From: an uncultured Phenylobacterium sp.
Lineage (GTDB): Bacteria > Pseudomonadota > Alphaproteobacteria > Caulobacterales > Caulobacteraceae
Reading direction: 5' to 3'
DNA: 64,000 nucleotides
Assembly: GCA_966096115.1 (NCBI GenBank)
Contig: CBHTUE010000002.1
Location: 9,162 to 73,161 of the forward strand
The position numbers and the translations under genes are program-made. The notes under the pieces are model-generated. The model saw only the letters and a list, made by a program, of their open reading frames with translations. It had not been told where the DNA came from and searched no databases. Positions 11,309 to 21,929 of the stretch are shown piece by piece; positions within the stretch are counted from its first letter, which is position 1, and every line of letters begins with the position of its first letter.

Positions 11309-11877
11309 GCGTGGAGCGCGACCAGCCGGTCGCGCTCGACCCGCTGCGCCGCCAGGAACTCCGGCTGCGACCACAGCCGGTGCTCCCCTCGGGCGTAGGC
11401 CTCGGCGTTCCGAGCGTACATCCAGGCGTTCAGGGCGTTGGCGACGGCGTTGTTGCGCTCGCGCGTGACCTTGCCGGGTGCGCCCATCACCACCGAGTTG
11501 GGCGGGACGATCGTGCCCTCCTTGAGGAACGCGCCGCCGGCGATGATCGAATTGTCGCCGATCACGCAGTCGTCCATCACCGTGGCGCCGATGCCGACCA
11601 GCACGCGGTCGCCGATCGTGCAGCCGTGCAGGGTGACATGGTGGGTGATCGAGCAGTCCTCGCCCACGACCGTGGCCTGGCCGCCGATGTGAATCATCAC
11701 GAAGTCCTGGACGTTGGTCCGCGCGCCGAGGCGCACGGCGTTCATCTCGGCGCGGACCACCACGTTGGGCCAGATCGAGGCTTCGGCGGCGACGTGGACG
11801 GCGCCGTAGAGCTGGGCCGAGGGGTGGACCCAGGCGGCGGGGTCGAGGCGGACGAGCGGGCCGAAGCGGTCTGTCAT
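11305..11877 (-). CDS. Gamma-carbonic anhydrase family (hexapeptide repeat) protein
   Basis: NVQDFVMIH, ITHHVTLHGCTIG, left-handed beta-helix repeats. Confidence 0.9.
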   Translation of the reverse strand: MTDRFGPLVRLDPAAWVHPSAQLYGAVHVAAEASIWPNVVVRAEMNAVRLGARTNVQDFVMIHIGGQATVVGEDCSITHHVTLHGCTIGDRVLVGIGATVMDDCVIGDNSIIAGGAFLKEGTIVPPNSVVMGAPGKVTRERNNAVANALNAWMYARNAEAYARGEHRLWSQPEFLAAQRVERDRLVALHA

Positions 11878-11927
11878 AGCGCCACTGTGGCGGGTTTCCG
11901 CGCCGGGCGCCTAGCGGGCCGTCCGGA

Positions 11928-12992
11928 CTATTCCAGGTACAGGGTCCGCAGCCTGGCGATGTCGGCCTGGGAGACGCCGATCTCCTTGGCGAGGTAGTTG
12001 TCGACCGAACCCCACTTCTCGTCGATCTCGGCGAAGGCGCCGTCCAGGAACGGCCGGCCCTGGGCGTCCGTCAGCGGCGTCGGCGTCTTCCAGTTGGGGT
12101 CCTTGCGGTACTGAGCGAACAGCTGGACGGCGGGATCGTTGGGATGCGCCGCGGCGTCCAGTTCCGGCATCTCGAACTCGGGCCGGCGGTAGCGCGTCGA
12201 GAGGTGGTAGTCGGCCACGATGTCGTCGCGCGAGACGCCCAGCGCAGTCAGGATCAGGGCGGTGGTGAAGCCCGTGCGGTCCTGGCCGGCGGAGCAGTTG
12301 TAGGCCAGCGGCGCGTCGCCGCTCAGCAGGTCCTGGAAGATGACCCGGAGCTGCGGGGCCAGGAGATGGGGCATGTTGCGGTAGACGTCGGAGCCGTTGC
12401 GCAGCTGGCCCGGCGAGGTGCGGCCCATGATCTCACCCATGGAATAGCCGACGGCGGTGGTGGGCACGCCGGTGATTTTCGAGGGCGCGATCACGCGCTC
12501 CTCGTTGGAGCGCAGATCGACCAACTGGCTGATGCCCAGGGCCCGGATCTGCGCGACGTCGGCGGCGGTGAGCATGGGCTGGCCGCCGGAGCGGTAGATG
12601 ACGCCCCAGCGCACGTGCTTGCCGCCGGCGCCGACGTAGCCGCCGACGTCGCGGAAGTTGGAGCCCTGCTCCAGCGGCACCAGCCGCTCGGCCACCTCGA
12701 CCCGGTCGTGGTCGCGGCTATCGACCAGCAGGAAGTAGCGGCGGCCGTGGTCCTGGCCGTCCAGCGCCAGGCGGCCGTCCGCGTCGGCGCGGGACAGCAG
12801 GCGGGCGTCCTTCAGCACGATGACAGGCTTGTCGCTGACGTAGACGTCGACCGGGTTGGGGCTCGTCCAGGTGATGGCCAGCGCGTCGGGCGCGGCGCGC
12901 TCGGCCTGGGCGGCGGTGATGCGGGCGGCCGCCGGCGACTGGGCCAGAAGGCCGGCGAGGGTCAGGAGGGCGAAAAGTCGGGCGCGGGTCAT
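11928..12992 (-). CDS. Exported protein-tyrosine-phosphatase-like (Y_phosphatase3-type) phosphatase
   Basis: Signal peptide; SNFRDVGGY, IYRSG, DLRSNEE and CX5R P-loop CSAGQDRTG. Confidence 0.85.
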   Translation of the reverse strand: MTRARLFALLTLAGLLAQSPAAARITAAQAERAAPDALAITWTSPNPVDVYVSDKPVIVLKDARLLSRADADGRLALDGQDHGRRYFLLVDSRDHDRVEVAERLVPLEQGSNFRDVGGYVGAGGKHVRWGVIYRSGGQPMLTAADVAQIRALGISQLVDLRSNEERVIAPSKITGVPTTAVGYSMGEIMGRTSPGQLRNGSDVYRNMPHLLAPQLRVIFQDLLSGDAPLAYNCSAGQDRTGFTTALILTALGVSRDDIVADYHLSTRYRRPEFEMPELDAAAHPNDPAVQLFAQYRKDPNWKTPTPLTDAQGRPFLDGAFAEIDEKWGSVDNYLAKEIGVSQADIARLRTLYLE

Positions 12993-13008
12993 CGGCGGAT
13001 CCTTCGGC

Positions 13009-15300
13009 TCAGAACCGGATGTTGGCTTCGACGCCGTAGAGGCGCGGCTCGTTGAAGATCCCGTACGTCCCCAGCGCGGCGTTAGTGTTGCGCAGGAAGG
13101 CGTACTTCTCGTTGAACAGGTTGCGGGCCCACAGCGCGACCTGGAGCGTGGCGTCGCTGCCGGTCAGCTTGATGTCGCCCAGCGCCAGGCGGCCGTTGAC
13201 GACGAAGGAGTCGTCGCTCTGCGTCGGGTCGGTCGTCGAAGTGTACTGGCCATCGGCCCAGTTGCCGTCGAGGTGGGCGCGCAGGGTCCCGATCGACACC
13301 GGGACCTCGTAGTCGACCGCGAGGTTGCCGGCGTTCTTCGGCGTGTAGAGCGGGTAGACCGTCGCCTGGGCGTTGGTGAACGGGTTGAACGCCTTGGAGA
13401 GCGTGACCTTGGTGTAGGTGTAGCTGCCGGACAGGGTCAGGCCCTCGAGCGGGTTGAGCGCGAAGTCCGCCTCGATGCCCTTGGTGCGGCCGGTGGCGGC
13501 GTTGGTGGTCTCCAGCGTGCCGCGGTTGTTGTTCAGGATGATGACGCTGAAGTCGACCTGCACGTCCGTCAGGCGGCCGGTGTAGGCGGCGATGTTGAAG
13601 CGGGCCCGGTGGTCCCAAAACTCGGTCTTCGCGCCGGCCTCGAACATCGAGACATGCTCGGGATCGAAGGCGCGGTAGGTCAGCGAACGCGAGTTGGCGC
13701 CGCCGGACTTATAGCCCGTGCTCCACTTGCCGTAGAGGTTGATGTCGGGCGTCGCGTCCACCGCCAGGATGACCAGCGGGTCGAACCGGTTCCAGGACTC
13801 GTTCAGCGGGATCTTGCCGACCACGGTCACCTTGTTGGCGTTGACGTAGCTGGGCAGGGCGCCGTTCACGGTGTCGAGCGAGCCGCTCTTCTTGTCGTGG
13901 GTGTAGCGGCCGCCCACGGTCACGTGGGTGATCCCGTCCCAGATCGGAGGGGTCCACACCGCCTGCCCGAAGACGCCCGAGCTCTTGGTGGTGACGTGGC
14001 TCGCCCGGTCGAAGGGCACGGTGTCGAGGTTCAGCGTCAGGAAGGTGTAGGCCGTGCCGGTGGCGTTCCACTGCAGGGAGTTGGGCGTCTGGGCGTTGTC
14101 GCGGGCGTTTTCCCGGAAATAGAACAGGCCGCCGGCGAACTGCACGGTGGGGATCTCGCCGATCACCTGCAGTTCCTCGCTGTACTGGTCCTGGTAGGTG
14201 TGGGCCTGGCTGTAGCGGGCGAAGAAGCCGTTCGGCGTGAACACCGACAACACCTCCTCGGCATTGTCGTACTGCGACTGGCTGAGGTGGCGGTAGGACG
14301 AGACCGACTTCAGCTTGATCTGCGGGGTGAGGTTCCAGTCCAGCGTCAGGCGATGGCCGTAGGTATTGCCGATGCTCTCCTGGATCGGCACGCCGACCGG
14401 CGCGGATTTCGCCCGGTCCGGCTGCGTGACGATCAGCGGAGCCAGCGCCAGCGACCCCTTGCTCAGCAACTGGACGAAATAGGGCGTGGTGGCATCGACC
14501 GCGACATCGGCGGCGTAGTCGGCGGTGAAGCTGTCGGACGGCCGCCAGCGGATCTGGGCGTGGGCGCCGCGCTTGTCGTAGCTGTTGAAGTCCGGCTGGC
14601 CGGACGTGGTCGGGTTGGTGACCGTGCCGTCGCGCTTGCTGAGCAGGCCGTCGAACTTGAAGCTGACGTCGTTCCAGGCCGGCAGGTCGACGTGGGCCTC
14701 GGCGCGGTAGGCGCCGTAGTTGCCGTAGCTGGCGGTGGCCTTGACACCGAAGGTCCCGCTGGGAGCGCGGGTGACGATGCTGATGGCCCCGCCCTCGGTG
14801 TTGCGGCCGAACAGCGTGCCCTGCGGGCCTTTCAGAACCTCGATGCGCTCGACGTCATAGAGGGCGGTGCCCAGGCCCTGGGCGCGGCCCAGGTAGACGC
14901 CGTCGATGTAGACGCCGACGGCCTGGTCGCGGGCCGGCTGGTTGGCGTCGCCCAGGGCGCCGATACCGCGCATGCCGATGGTCAGGGCCGACTTGCGGGC
15001 GAAGAACGGCGCCACCCGCAGCGACGGGATCGAGCCGTCGACCAGGTCCTCGATCGACTGGGCGTGGCGGTCGGCCAGGTCATTGCCGTCCAGGGTCGAG
15101 ATGGAGATCGGCGTGTCCTGCAGCTTGGTCTCGCGCTTCTGGGCGGTGACGACCACCTCCTCCAGACCGGTTCCGGCGGCGGCGTCATCGGCGGCGGCCG
15201 CGGCGGCGGCGGCGCGCGCCAGCGAGGGCAGGACGGCCGCGAGAGCGACAGTGGCAAACAGGATAGCGTGGCGGCCGGCGACGGCGCGGACTGAAGACAT
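13009..15300 (-). CDS. TonB-dependent receptor
   Basis: ATG 15300; LEEVVVTAQKRE, IEVLKGPQGTLFGRN plug motif, C-terminal Phe (YGVEANIRF). Confidence 0.95.
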   Translation of the reverse strand: MSSVRAVAGRHAILFATVALAAVLPSLARAAAAAAAADDAAAGTGLEEVVVTAQKRETKLQDTPISISTLDGNDLADRHAQSIEDLVDGSIPSLRVAPFFARKSALTIGMRGIGALGDANQPARDQAVGVYIDGVYLGRAQGLGTALYDVERIEVLKGPQGTLFGRNTEGGAISIVTRAPSGTFGVKATASYGNYGAYRAEAHVDLPAWNDVSFKFDGLLSKRDGTVTNPTTSGQPDFNSYDKRGAHAQIRWRPSDSFTADYAADVAVDATTPYFVQLLSKGSLALAPLIVTQPDRAKSAPVGVPIQESIGNTYGHRLTLDWNLTPQIKLKSVSSYRHLSQSQYDNAEEVLSVFTPNGFFARYSQAHTYQDQYSEELQVIGEIPTVQFAGGLFYFRENARDNAQTPNSLQWNATGTAYTFLTLNLDTVPFDRASHVTTKSSGVFGQAVWTPPIWDGITHVTVGGRYTHDKKSGSLDTVNGALPSYVNANKVTVVGKIPLNESWNRFDPLVILAVDATPDINLYGKWSTGYKSGGANSRSLTYRAFDPEHVSMFEAGAKTEFWDHRARFNIAAYTGRLTDVQVDFSVIILNNNRGTLETTNAATGRTKGIEADFALNPLEGLTLSGSYTYTKVTLSKAFNPFTNAQATVYPLYTPKNAGNLAVDYEVPVSIGTLRAHLDGNWADGQYTSTTDPTQSDDSFVVNGRLALGDIKLTGSDATLQVALWARNLFNEKYAFLRNTNAALGTYGIFNEPRLYGVEANIRF

Positions 15301-15442
15301 GTAGACCCCCTGGTTGGGAGGCCTTGTGGCGAGCGCGCGTGACGGGCTCGTTCCGCTTTGATGATGCTTTCCAGAAGCCGTCGCGATGGATGTGTGTCGG
15401 CCTGGGCGACGCACAACGTATTGGCAGCCGGCGCCCCGACTT

Positions 15443-16168
15443 TCAGCGCCAGTAGCGGTAGGTCCAGAGCGGGGTAAAGCCGGCGCGGCGGTAGATGCGG
15501 CGGGCGGAGTTGGCTTCCTCGACCTGCAACACGACGCGCTCGACGCCCTGTCCCAGGAGCGCGCGGCCGAAGGCGCCCAGGATCGCGGCGGCGTGGCCCC
15601 GGCCGCGATGGGCCGGCGCGGTGCGCATGCCGTGGATGCCCGCCCAGCCGTCGACGACGGTCGCGACGCCGACCGCGTGGGTGGCCCCGCCCTCCCCGGC
15701 CGCGCCATAGAGGGCGTTCGGCGAGCGGCTGAGGGTCTCGGCGCGCAGGCGGCCTTCCTCAGGATCGAAGCCCTCGCCCATGAAGACGGCCGACCAGGCG
15801 GCGTCGGGGCGTGGCAGCAGGAGGGCGGGACCGTCGGCGAAGGCCGCCAGGGCGGCGACCTCGCCCAGCTTCATCACCGTCGGCTGCTGGCCGGTGAGCC
15901 CGTGGCGGGCGACGGCGTCGCGCGCGGCGTCGAGGCCGGGGACGTCGGCGAGGCGGAAGGCCGGTGACAGGCTGCGGGTGCGGAAGGCGGCGACGATCGT
16001 ATCTATCGCCGAGATGTCGGGATCGTGGCTGAGCGGCACGGCGCTCTTGGCCCGGCCGATCGGCCCCGCCTGCAGCGGAACCAGCCAGCCGCCGATCTCG
16101 ACCGATTGCGTGGGCGCAACGGCCCCGACGACGGAGCGTTCGAGGGCCTCGAGGTTGCCCGGGCCCAA
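15443..16168 (-). CDS. GNAT family N-acetyltransferase
   Basis: TAPAHRGRGHA acetyl-CoA motif, LQVEEAN, YRRAGF. Confidence 0.85.
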   Translation of the reverse strand: MGPGNLEALERSVVGAVAPTQSVEIGGWLVPLQAGPIGRAKSAVPLSHDPDISAIDTIVAAFRTRSLSPAFRLADVPGLDAARDAVARHGLTGQQPTVMKLGEVAALAAFADGPALLLPRPDAAWSAVFMGEGFDPEEGRLRAETLSRSPNALYGAAGEGGATHAVGVATVVDGWAGIHGMRTAPAHRGRGHAAAILGAFGRALLGQGVERVVLQVEEANSARRIYRRAGFTPLWTYRYWR

Positions 16169-16169
16169 C

Positions 16170-16631
16170 CTAGCTCCGATCGCCCTTCATCAGCCGCGCC
16201 TTGTCGCGCTGCCAGTCGCGCGCGGCGGTGGTTTCGCGCTTGTCGTGTTCCTTCTTGCCCTTGGCGAGGCTGATCTCGAGCTTCGCGAGGCCCTTGTCGT
16301 TCCAGTAGAGCTTCACCGGGATGATCGTGCGGCCCTCGCGCTGCACGGCGCCGATCAGCTTGTCGATCTGCTTGCGCTTGAGCAGCAGCTTCCGGTGGCG
16401 GCGGGGCTCGTGGTTGAAGTACGGGCCGGCCTGCTTGTAGGGCGGGATGTCGGCGTTGATCAGCATGATCTCGTCGCCCTCCACCGCCGCGTAGCTCTCG
16501 GCGATGTTGGCCTTGCCGTTGCGCAGGCTCTTCACCTCCGAGCCGGTCAGCGCGATGCCGGCCTCGAAGCTCTCCTCGAGGAAGTAGTCGAACCGCGCGC
16601 GGCGGTTCTCGGCGATATACTTGCCGGCCAT
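16170..16631 (-). CDS. smpB: SsrA-binding protein SmpB
   Basis: [48 protein letters not shown]; start overlaps the dapA stop. Confidence 0.97.
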   Translation of the reverse strand: MAGKYIAENRRARFDYFLEESFEAGIALTGSEVKSLRNGKANIAESYAAVEGDEIMLINADIPPYKQAGPYFNHEPRRHRKLLLKRKQIDKLIGAVQREGRTIIPVKLYWNDKGLAKLEISLAKGKKEHDKRETTAARDWQRDKARLMKGDRS

Positions 16632-17515
16632 CAGATCAGGCCCGCGACCCGCATGGCGGCCAGGACCTCGGCGCGGGCGGGCTCGGAGCACGGGCCGATG
16701 GGCAGGCGCGCCTCGTCGGAGCAGAGGCCGAGGTGGGCCAGGGCGAACTTGGTGGGCGCCGGCGAGGCGTCGGCGAACAGGGCCTTGTGCAGGCGGATCA
16801 GCCGGTCCTGGGCCTGCAGCGCCCCGGGCCACTGGCCGGACAGCGCGTCGTTGTAGAACTGGGCGCACGCCTCGGGGGCGACGTTGCAGGTCACCGAGAT
16901 GCAGCCGTGGCCACCGTGGGCGATGTAGCCCAGGCCCATGTCGTCGTTGCCCGACAGCATCACCCAGTCCTCACCGCACTCGACGCGCTGCAGGCTGGCG
17001 CGGCCCAGGTCGCCGGTGGCGTCCTTGATGCCGACGATGTTCGGCAGCTTGGCCAGCCGGGCCAGGGTGTCGTTGGAGATGTCGACGCTGGTGCGGCTGG
17101 GCACGTTGTAGACCAGCACGGGCAACTGCACGGCGTCGTTGATCGCCTTGTAGTGGGCGTAGAGCCCTTCCTGGCTGGGCCGGTTGTAGTAGGGCGTCAC
17201 CACCAGGGCCGCGTCGGCGCCGATTTTCTTGGCGTGCTGCGCCAATTCGATCGCTTCGGCCGTAGAATTGGAGCCGGCGCCAGCGATGACAGGCACACGG
17301 CCTCGGGCGGTCTGAACACACAGTTCGACCACACGGCGGTGCTCTTCATGGCTGACGGTGGCGCTCTCGCCGGTGGTGCCGACGGGGACGAGGCCGTGGA
17401 CGCCGCCGGCGATCTGCCGTTCGACCAGGGCCACGAAGGCGTCCTCGTCCACCTGGCCGTTGCGGAACGGCGTGACGAGGGCCGGCATGACGCCGCGGAA
17501 GAGAGGTTCGGACAT
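16631..17515 (-). CDS. dapA: 4-hydroxy-tetrahydrodipicolinate synthase
   Basis: [29 protein letters not shown]. Confidence 0.97.
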   Translation of the reverse strand: MSEPLFRGVMPALVTPFRNGQVDEDAFVALVERQIAGGVHGLVPVGTTGESATVSHEEHRRVVELCVQTARGRVPVIAGAGSNSTAEAIELAQHAKKIGADAALVVTPYYNRPSQEGLYAHYKAINDAVQLPVLVYNVPSRTSVDISNDTLARLAKLPNIVGIKDATGDLGRASLQRVECGEDWVMLSGNDDMGLGYIAHGGHGCISVTCNVAPEACAQFYNDALSGQWPGALQAQDRLIRLHKALFADASPAPTKFALAHLGLCSDEARLPIGPCSEPARAEVLAAMRVAGLI

Positions 17516-17651
17516 GTGATGGGTTCTAAAAGCAAAATGCCGTGATGATGCCGCCTGGTGAGGCGGCGTTCAGATTTGGCGGACAATATGTTGCCGCGGG
17601 CTCGGCTCGCAATGTCGATTCCATTTATCCCCAAAGTCGGGGGGAGCGCGA

Positions 17652-19760
17652 TTGAACACCCGGATCCGTAACGCCCTGCTGGTTGGATGCTGCGTCGTGG
17701 TGGCCACGACGGTGGCGCGCGCCCAGGGCGCGGACCCGATCGGCGACCTGCTCTCGCAGAATACCGAGTCGTCCTCGGGACCGCAGACGGTCAGTGCGCG
17801 GCAGACGGTAGCGAACCCGCTCTCGACGTCGGACCGGCTGGCGTTCCTGCAGGCCCTGGCCTCGGCCAAGCGCGGCGACGTCTCCGGCGCCAAGGCGGCG
17901 ATCGCCAGCCTGTCGGACGGCGTGGCGCGCAAGACCGCGACCTGGGCCCTGGTCGACGCCAACGCCGAGTCGCTGAGCTTCTACGAGGTGGACGCCGCGC
18001 GGCGCGACCTCGCCGGCTTCCCGCGCCCCATGCGCCGGCAGATCGCGGCCGAACGGCTGCTGGAAAGCGCCGGCAAGTCGCCGCAGCAGGTGGTCGACTG
18101 GTTCGCCGGCCAGCCGCCGGCCAGCGCCCCAGGCGCCGTGGCCCTGGCCTCGGCCTACCGCAGCCTGGGCCGCCAGGCTGAGGCCGCCGACCTGATTCGG
18201 ACCTGGTGGCGCACCAAGAGCTTCGAGTCCGACGCCCAGCGGGCGATGCTGACCCGCTTCGGCGACGTGCTGACGATGGAGGACCACGTCCGGCGCGCCG
18301 ACATCCTGCTGTACGGCAGCCAGGGGCCCGCGGCGCGCGACATGGTGGCGATGCTGCCGCCCGAGATGCAGCCCGCGGCCACGGTCCGTCTCTCGCTGCG
18401 ATCGGACGCGCGCGCCGCCGAGGATGCCTGGACGGCGCTGACGCCCGAGCAGCAGGCGAACCCGGGCGTGGCCTTCGAACGCGCCGCCTACCTGCGCCGC
18501 AAGGGCCGCGACGCCGAGGCGATGCAGTTGGTGTCGGCTTTCCCGAAGGAGATCGTCACCCCGGACCAGGCCGATCGCATGTGGGACGAGCGCCACCGGC
18601 TGGCGCTGACCTTCATCCGCAGCGGCGACTGGAAGACCGCCTACCAGGCCGCCGCCAATTCCGGCCTGAACCAGGGCCAGGACGCCACCGAGGCCGAGTT
18701 CTACGCCGGCTGGATCGCGCTGAACCGCCTGAACGACCCGACCTCGGCCGGACGCCACTTCGCCGCCATCGAGAAGATCGGCGCCTCGCCGATCACCCGG
18801 GCGCGGGCGTTCTACTGGATGGGCCGCGCCGCCGAGGCGCGCGGCGAGGCCACCGTGGCGCAGAACTACTACGGGCGCGGGGCCGAGTACGTGACCACTT
18901 TCTACGGGCAGTTGGCGGCCGAGAAGCTGGGCCGCCCGCTGGTGCTGCCGCGCGATCCGGTGGCCACCGACGGCGAGCGGGCCCGCTTCGAGGGCCACGA
19001 CGCCGTGCAGGCCATGCGCCTGCTGGCCGACCAGGGCCAGCGCGACCTCTTCCGCGCCTTCGCGCTGCATCTGGACGACACCGCGCCCAACACCGTCGAG
19101 GGCGCCCTGCTCATCGACGCCATCAAGGGCTACGGCGACCAGGACACCGCCATGAAGGCCGGCCGGGCGCTGGCCCAGCGGGGCCTGATCCTGGCCGACC
19201 GCGCCTATCCGGTGCGCACGCCCCCTGACGTCCAGGGCGCGCCGGAGCCGGCGCTGGTGCTCGGCATTACGCGCCAGGAGAGCGGGTTCGATCCGACCGT
19301 GCGCTCGGGCGCCGATGCGCGGGGGATGATGCAGCTGCTGCCGTCCACCGCCTCGGTCGTGGCGCGGCGGATCGGCGTCGGCTACTCGGCCGCGCGGCTC
19401 TATGAGCCGGACTACAACATGCAGCTGGGCTCGGCCTACCTGGGCCAGCTGGTCGACCGGTTCTCCGGCTCGTACATCATGGCCGCCGCCGGCTACAACG
19501 CCGGGCCCGGGCGGCCGGCCTCGTGGACCAGCTTTTGCGGCGACCCGCGCGCCGGGACCCAGGACCCGCTGGACTTCATCGAGTGCATCCCGTTCTCGGA
19601 AACCCGCAACTACGTGATGCGGGTGATGGAGAACATGCAGGTCTACCGCGCCAAGATGAACGGCGGCACGGCCCGCATCACCCTCTCGGCCGACCTGAAG
19701 CGCGGAGCCTACGGATACGGCGCGCCGGTTGGGCAATCGGTGAGCGCGAGCACGCCATAG
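17652..19760 (+). CDS. slt: Soluble lytic murein transglycosylase (Slt70/SdpA-like)
   Basis: Signal peptide, superhelical region, SLT motifs RQESGF, GMMQLLP, AGYNAG, ETRNYV; divergent from dapA. Confidence 0.92.
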   Translation: MNTRIRNALLVGCCVVVATTVARAQGADPIGDLLSQNTESSSGPQTVSARQTVANPLSTSDRLAFLQALASAKRGDVSGAKAAIASLSDGVARKTATWALVDANAESLSFYEVDAARRDLAGFPRPMRRQIAAERLLESAGKSPQQVVDWFAGQPPASAPGAVALASAYRSLGRQAEAADLIRTWWRTKSFESDAQRAMLTRFGDVLTMEDHVRRADILLYGSQGPAARDMVAMLPPEMQPAATVRLSLRSDARAAEDAWTALTPEQQANPGVAFERAAYLRRKGRDAEAMQLVSAFPKEIVTPDQADRMWDERHRLALTFIRSGDWKTAYQAAANSGLNQGQDATEAEFYAGWIALNRLNDPTSAGRHFAAIEKIGASPITRARAFYWMGRAAEARGEATVAQNYYGRGAEYVTTFYGQLAAEKLGRPLVLPRDPVATDGERARFEGHDAVQAMRLLADQGQRDLFRAFALHLDDTAPNTVEGALLIDAIKGYGDQDTAMKAGRALAQRGLILADRAYPVRTPPDVQGAPEPALVLGITRQESGFDPTVRSGADARGMMQLLPSTASVVARRIGVGYSAARLYEPDYNMQLGSAYLGQLVDRFSGSYIMAAAGYNAGPGRPASWTSFCGDPRAGTQDPLDFIECIPFSETRNYVMRVMENMQVYRAKMNGGTARITLSADLKRGAYGYGAPVGQSVSASTP

Positions 19761-19761
19761 A

Positions 19762-20130
19762 TCACGCCGCCGGCTTCGTCCGGAACCAGCTCAGCATGAA
19801 CAGCACCGCCCACAGGATGTCGATGGTGGCGAACACCGTGACGATCCCGGGCGTGCGGCCCGCCAGGTAAAGAGGCCAGACGGCGGCGGGGAAGACGATC
19901 TTCTCGAACATGCAGACCGGGATCAGCGGCCGGAAGCGGGCGACGTCGCGGCTCATCGTCAGGAATACGAACTGGAACGCCAGCGTGATGCCGACGAACC
20001 CGTAGAAGTGGTCGGGGTGAGTCAGCGGCTGGCCCTGGGCGTTGAACGCCGGCTCCAGGAAGAACATCGGCGCCATCAGGACCACGCCGTAGATCCCGGC
20101 GATCCGGAACACCCACTTGGCGAACTGCAT
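19762..20130 (-). CDS. Small integral membrane hypothetical protein
   Basis: 122 aa with about four hydrophobic segments; SD GGAGG; coding-like codon use. Confidence 0.75.
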   Translation of the reverse strand: MQFAKWVFRIAGIYGVVLMAPMFFLEPAFNAQGQPLTHPDHFYGFVGITLAFQFVFLTMSRDVARFRPLIPVCMFEKIVFPAAVWPLYLAGRTPGIVTVFATIDILWAVLFMLSWFRTKPAA

Positions 20131-20273
20131 CCGCGTACCTCCGCGCTTGAGCCCTGCGGGGCGTCACATACCGCTTGATGTGCGTGGGCCGCGTTTCCGC
20201 AAACCCCGGTCAGGGCGCGGGAGTGGCAAGGTTTCCCTTGCGCGCGTCAACTGCGGCTTGCGGCGCGCAGCCC

Positions 20274-20906
20274 TCAGTCGATGACAAGGCCGTGCAGCAT
20301 GCCGTCGAGGGTGATGCGCATCAGCTCCTCGTGGTCGGCCCACTCGAAGTTGGGCCGGCTGGTGATCAGCGCCACCACGCCGTGGCAGGCCATCCAGAGC
20401 GCCTGGGCGGCCGACTCGCCCGAGCCGGTGCGCAGACGGCCGCTGGCGGCCACCTCGTGCACGACCCCGGCGAAGGTGTCGTAGCACTGGCGGCTGAGCT
20501 CGGCCGTGCTCTCGGGCAGCGGCTGGCTGGACGGCCCGCGGGCGACGTAGACCAGCTGGTAGGCGTTCGGATGCCCCAGGCCCCAGCGCATGTAAGCGTC
20601 CAGCATCATCCGCGTGCGCACCACCGGATCCAGCGGCTTTTCGGCGATCTCGCTGTTGCTGGCGAGCAGGTTGCGGAAGGCCACCTCGCAGATCTCGTGG
20701 AGGATGCAGCCCTTGTCCTGGAAGTGCATGTAGAGCGCCGTCGAGGAGACCCCCACCTCGTCGGCGATCCGGCGGATCGTGGCGCCCTCGTAGCCTTCGG
20801 CCACGAAGATGCGTTCCGCAGCTTCCAAAATCTCGGCGCGTCGGAGGTGCCCATCCCCCTTCGCCTTGCGCGCGGTCTTTCGCGGCGCCGTTGCGACAGC
20901 ACTCAT
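20274..20906 (-). CDS. TetR/AcrR family transcriptional regulator
   Basis: ILEAAERIF...TIRRIADEVGVSSTALYMHFQDK helix-turn-helix. Confidence 0.93.
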   Translation of the reverse strand: MSAVATAPRKTARKAKGDGHLRRAEILEAAERIFVAEGYEGATIRRIADEVGVSSTALYMHFQDKGCILHEICEVAFRNLLASNSEIAEKPLDPVVRTRMMLDAYMRWGLGHPNAYQLVYVARGPSSQPLPESTAELSRQCYDTFAGVVHEVAASGRLRTGSGESAAQALWMACHGVVALITSRPNFEWADHEELMRITLDGMLHGLVID

Positions 20907-21002
20907 GCAGACTCCCCATGCGTCAGCGGTAACAGCGGACCCCAAAACCGCAGATGTGACAAGTCTTTGTCGGCGACCGTGACGTGCGGTAAGGGGCGGC
21001 GG

Positions 21003-21929
21003 ATGACTGGCTCCGCCGTAAACCCGCAAGTCGCCGACACGGCGGAGGTGATGCGCACCACCGGCTGGGCGGACTACGCCCTGCTGGATTCCGGCGGTGG
21101 CCGGAAGCTGGAGCGCTACGGGCCCTACACCGTCGTGCGTCCGGAGCCGCAGTGCCTGTGGACCCCCAGGTTACCTGCGGCGCGATGGGAGGCGGCCGAC
21201 GCGGTGTTCGACCCCGCCAACAGCGACGACGAGGACGCCGGGCGCTGGCGGTTCAAGGGCCAGCCACGGGAGACCTGGCCGCTCGGCTGGGGCGACGTGC
21301 GGTTCCACGGACGGTTTACGGCCTTCCGGCACCTGGCGTTCTTTCCCGAGCAGGCGGCGAACTGGGAGTTCCTGGACGCGCAGGTGCGCGCCGCCGTCGC
21401 CGCGGGGGGGCCGCAGCCGAAGGTGCTGAACCTGTTCGGCTATACCGGCGTGGCCAGCCTGGTGATGGCGGCTGCTGGCGCGGCGGTGACGCACGTGGAC
21501 GCCTCGAAGAAGGCGGTGGCCTGGGCGCGGGAGAATGCCGAGCTATCGGGACTGGCCGACCGGCCCGTGCGCTGGATCACCGAGGACGCCCGGAAGTACG
21601 TCGCTCGCGAAGTGCGGCGGGGCTCGACCTACGAAGGGATCATCCTGGACCCGCCGAAGTACGGCCGCGGGCCGGACGGGCAGGTGTGGCGGCTGTTCGA
21701 GGACCTGCCTGAACTTGCGGGACTATGCGCCCAGCTTCTTTCGGAAAATGCGAAGTTCCTGGTGCTGAACGCCTATGCCGAGCGGATCTCCGGGCCGGCG
21801 CTGGCGGGCCTGCTCGCCGAGAAGCTCGCCGGGCGCGGCGGGCGGATCGAGTGGGGCGAACTGGCGCTGGAGGAAGAGCGCGGCGACCGGGCGATCGGCA
21901 TGAGCTTCTTCGCACGGTGGACGGCGTGA
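21003..21929 (+). CDS. Class I SAM-dependent methyltransferase (RlmI/RlmK-like)
   Basis: VLNLFGYTG, VDASKKAV, IILDPPKYGRG; alternative start at 21051. Confidence 0.85.
   Translation: MTGSAVNPQVADTAEVMRTTGWADYALLDSGGGRKLERYGPYTVVRPEPQCLWTPRLPAARWEAADAVFDPANSDDEDAGRWRFKGQPRETWPLGWGDVRFHGRFTAFRHLAFFPEQAANWEFLDAQVRAAVAAGGPQPKVLNLFGYTGVASLVMAAAGAAVTHVDASKKAVAWARENAELSGLADRPVRWITEDARKYVAREVRRGSTYEGIILDPPKYGRGPDGQVWRLFEDLPELAGLCAQLLSENAKFLVLNAYAERISGPALAGLLAEKLAGRGGRIEWGELALEEERGDRAIGMSFFARWTA

Noticed and set aside
15301-15442. Pho box upstream of the TonB receptor and phosphatase pair
   Set aside because: No pair of CTGTCAT-like repeats at 11-bp spacing could be identified
12856-19736. Very long alternative ORFs such as 12856..15294 (+) and 17625..19736 (-)
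   Set aside because: They are antisense shadows of the TonB receptor and lytic transglycosylase; high GC suppresses stop codons, and the translations lack family motifs. The same applies to most other overlapping ORFs in the track
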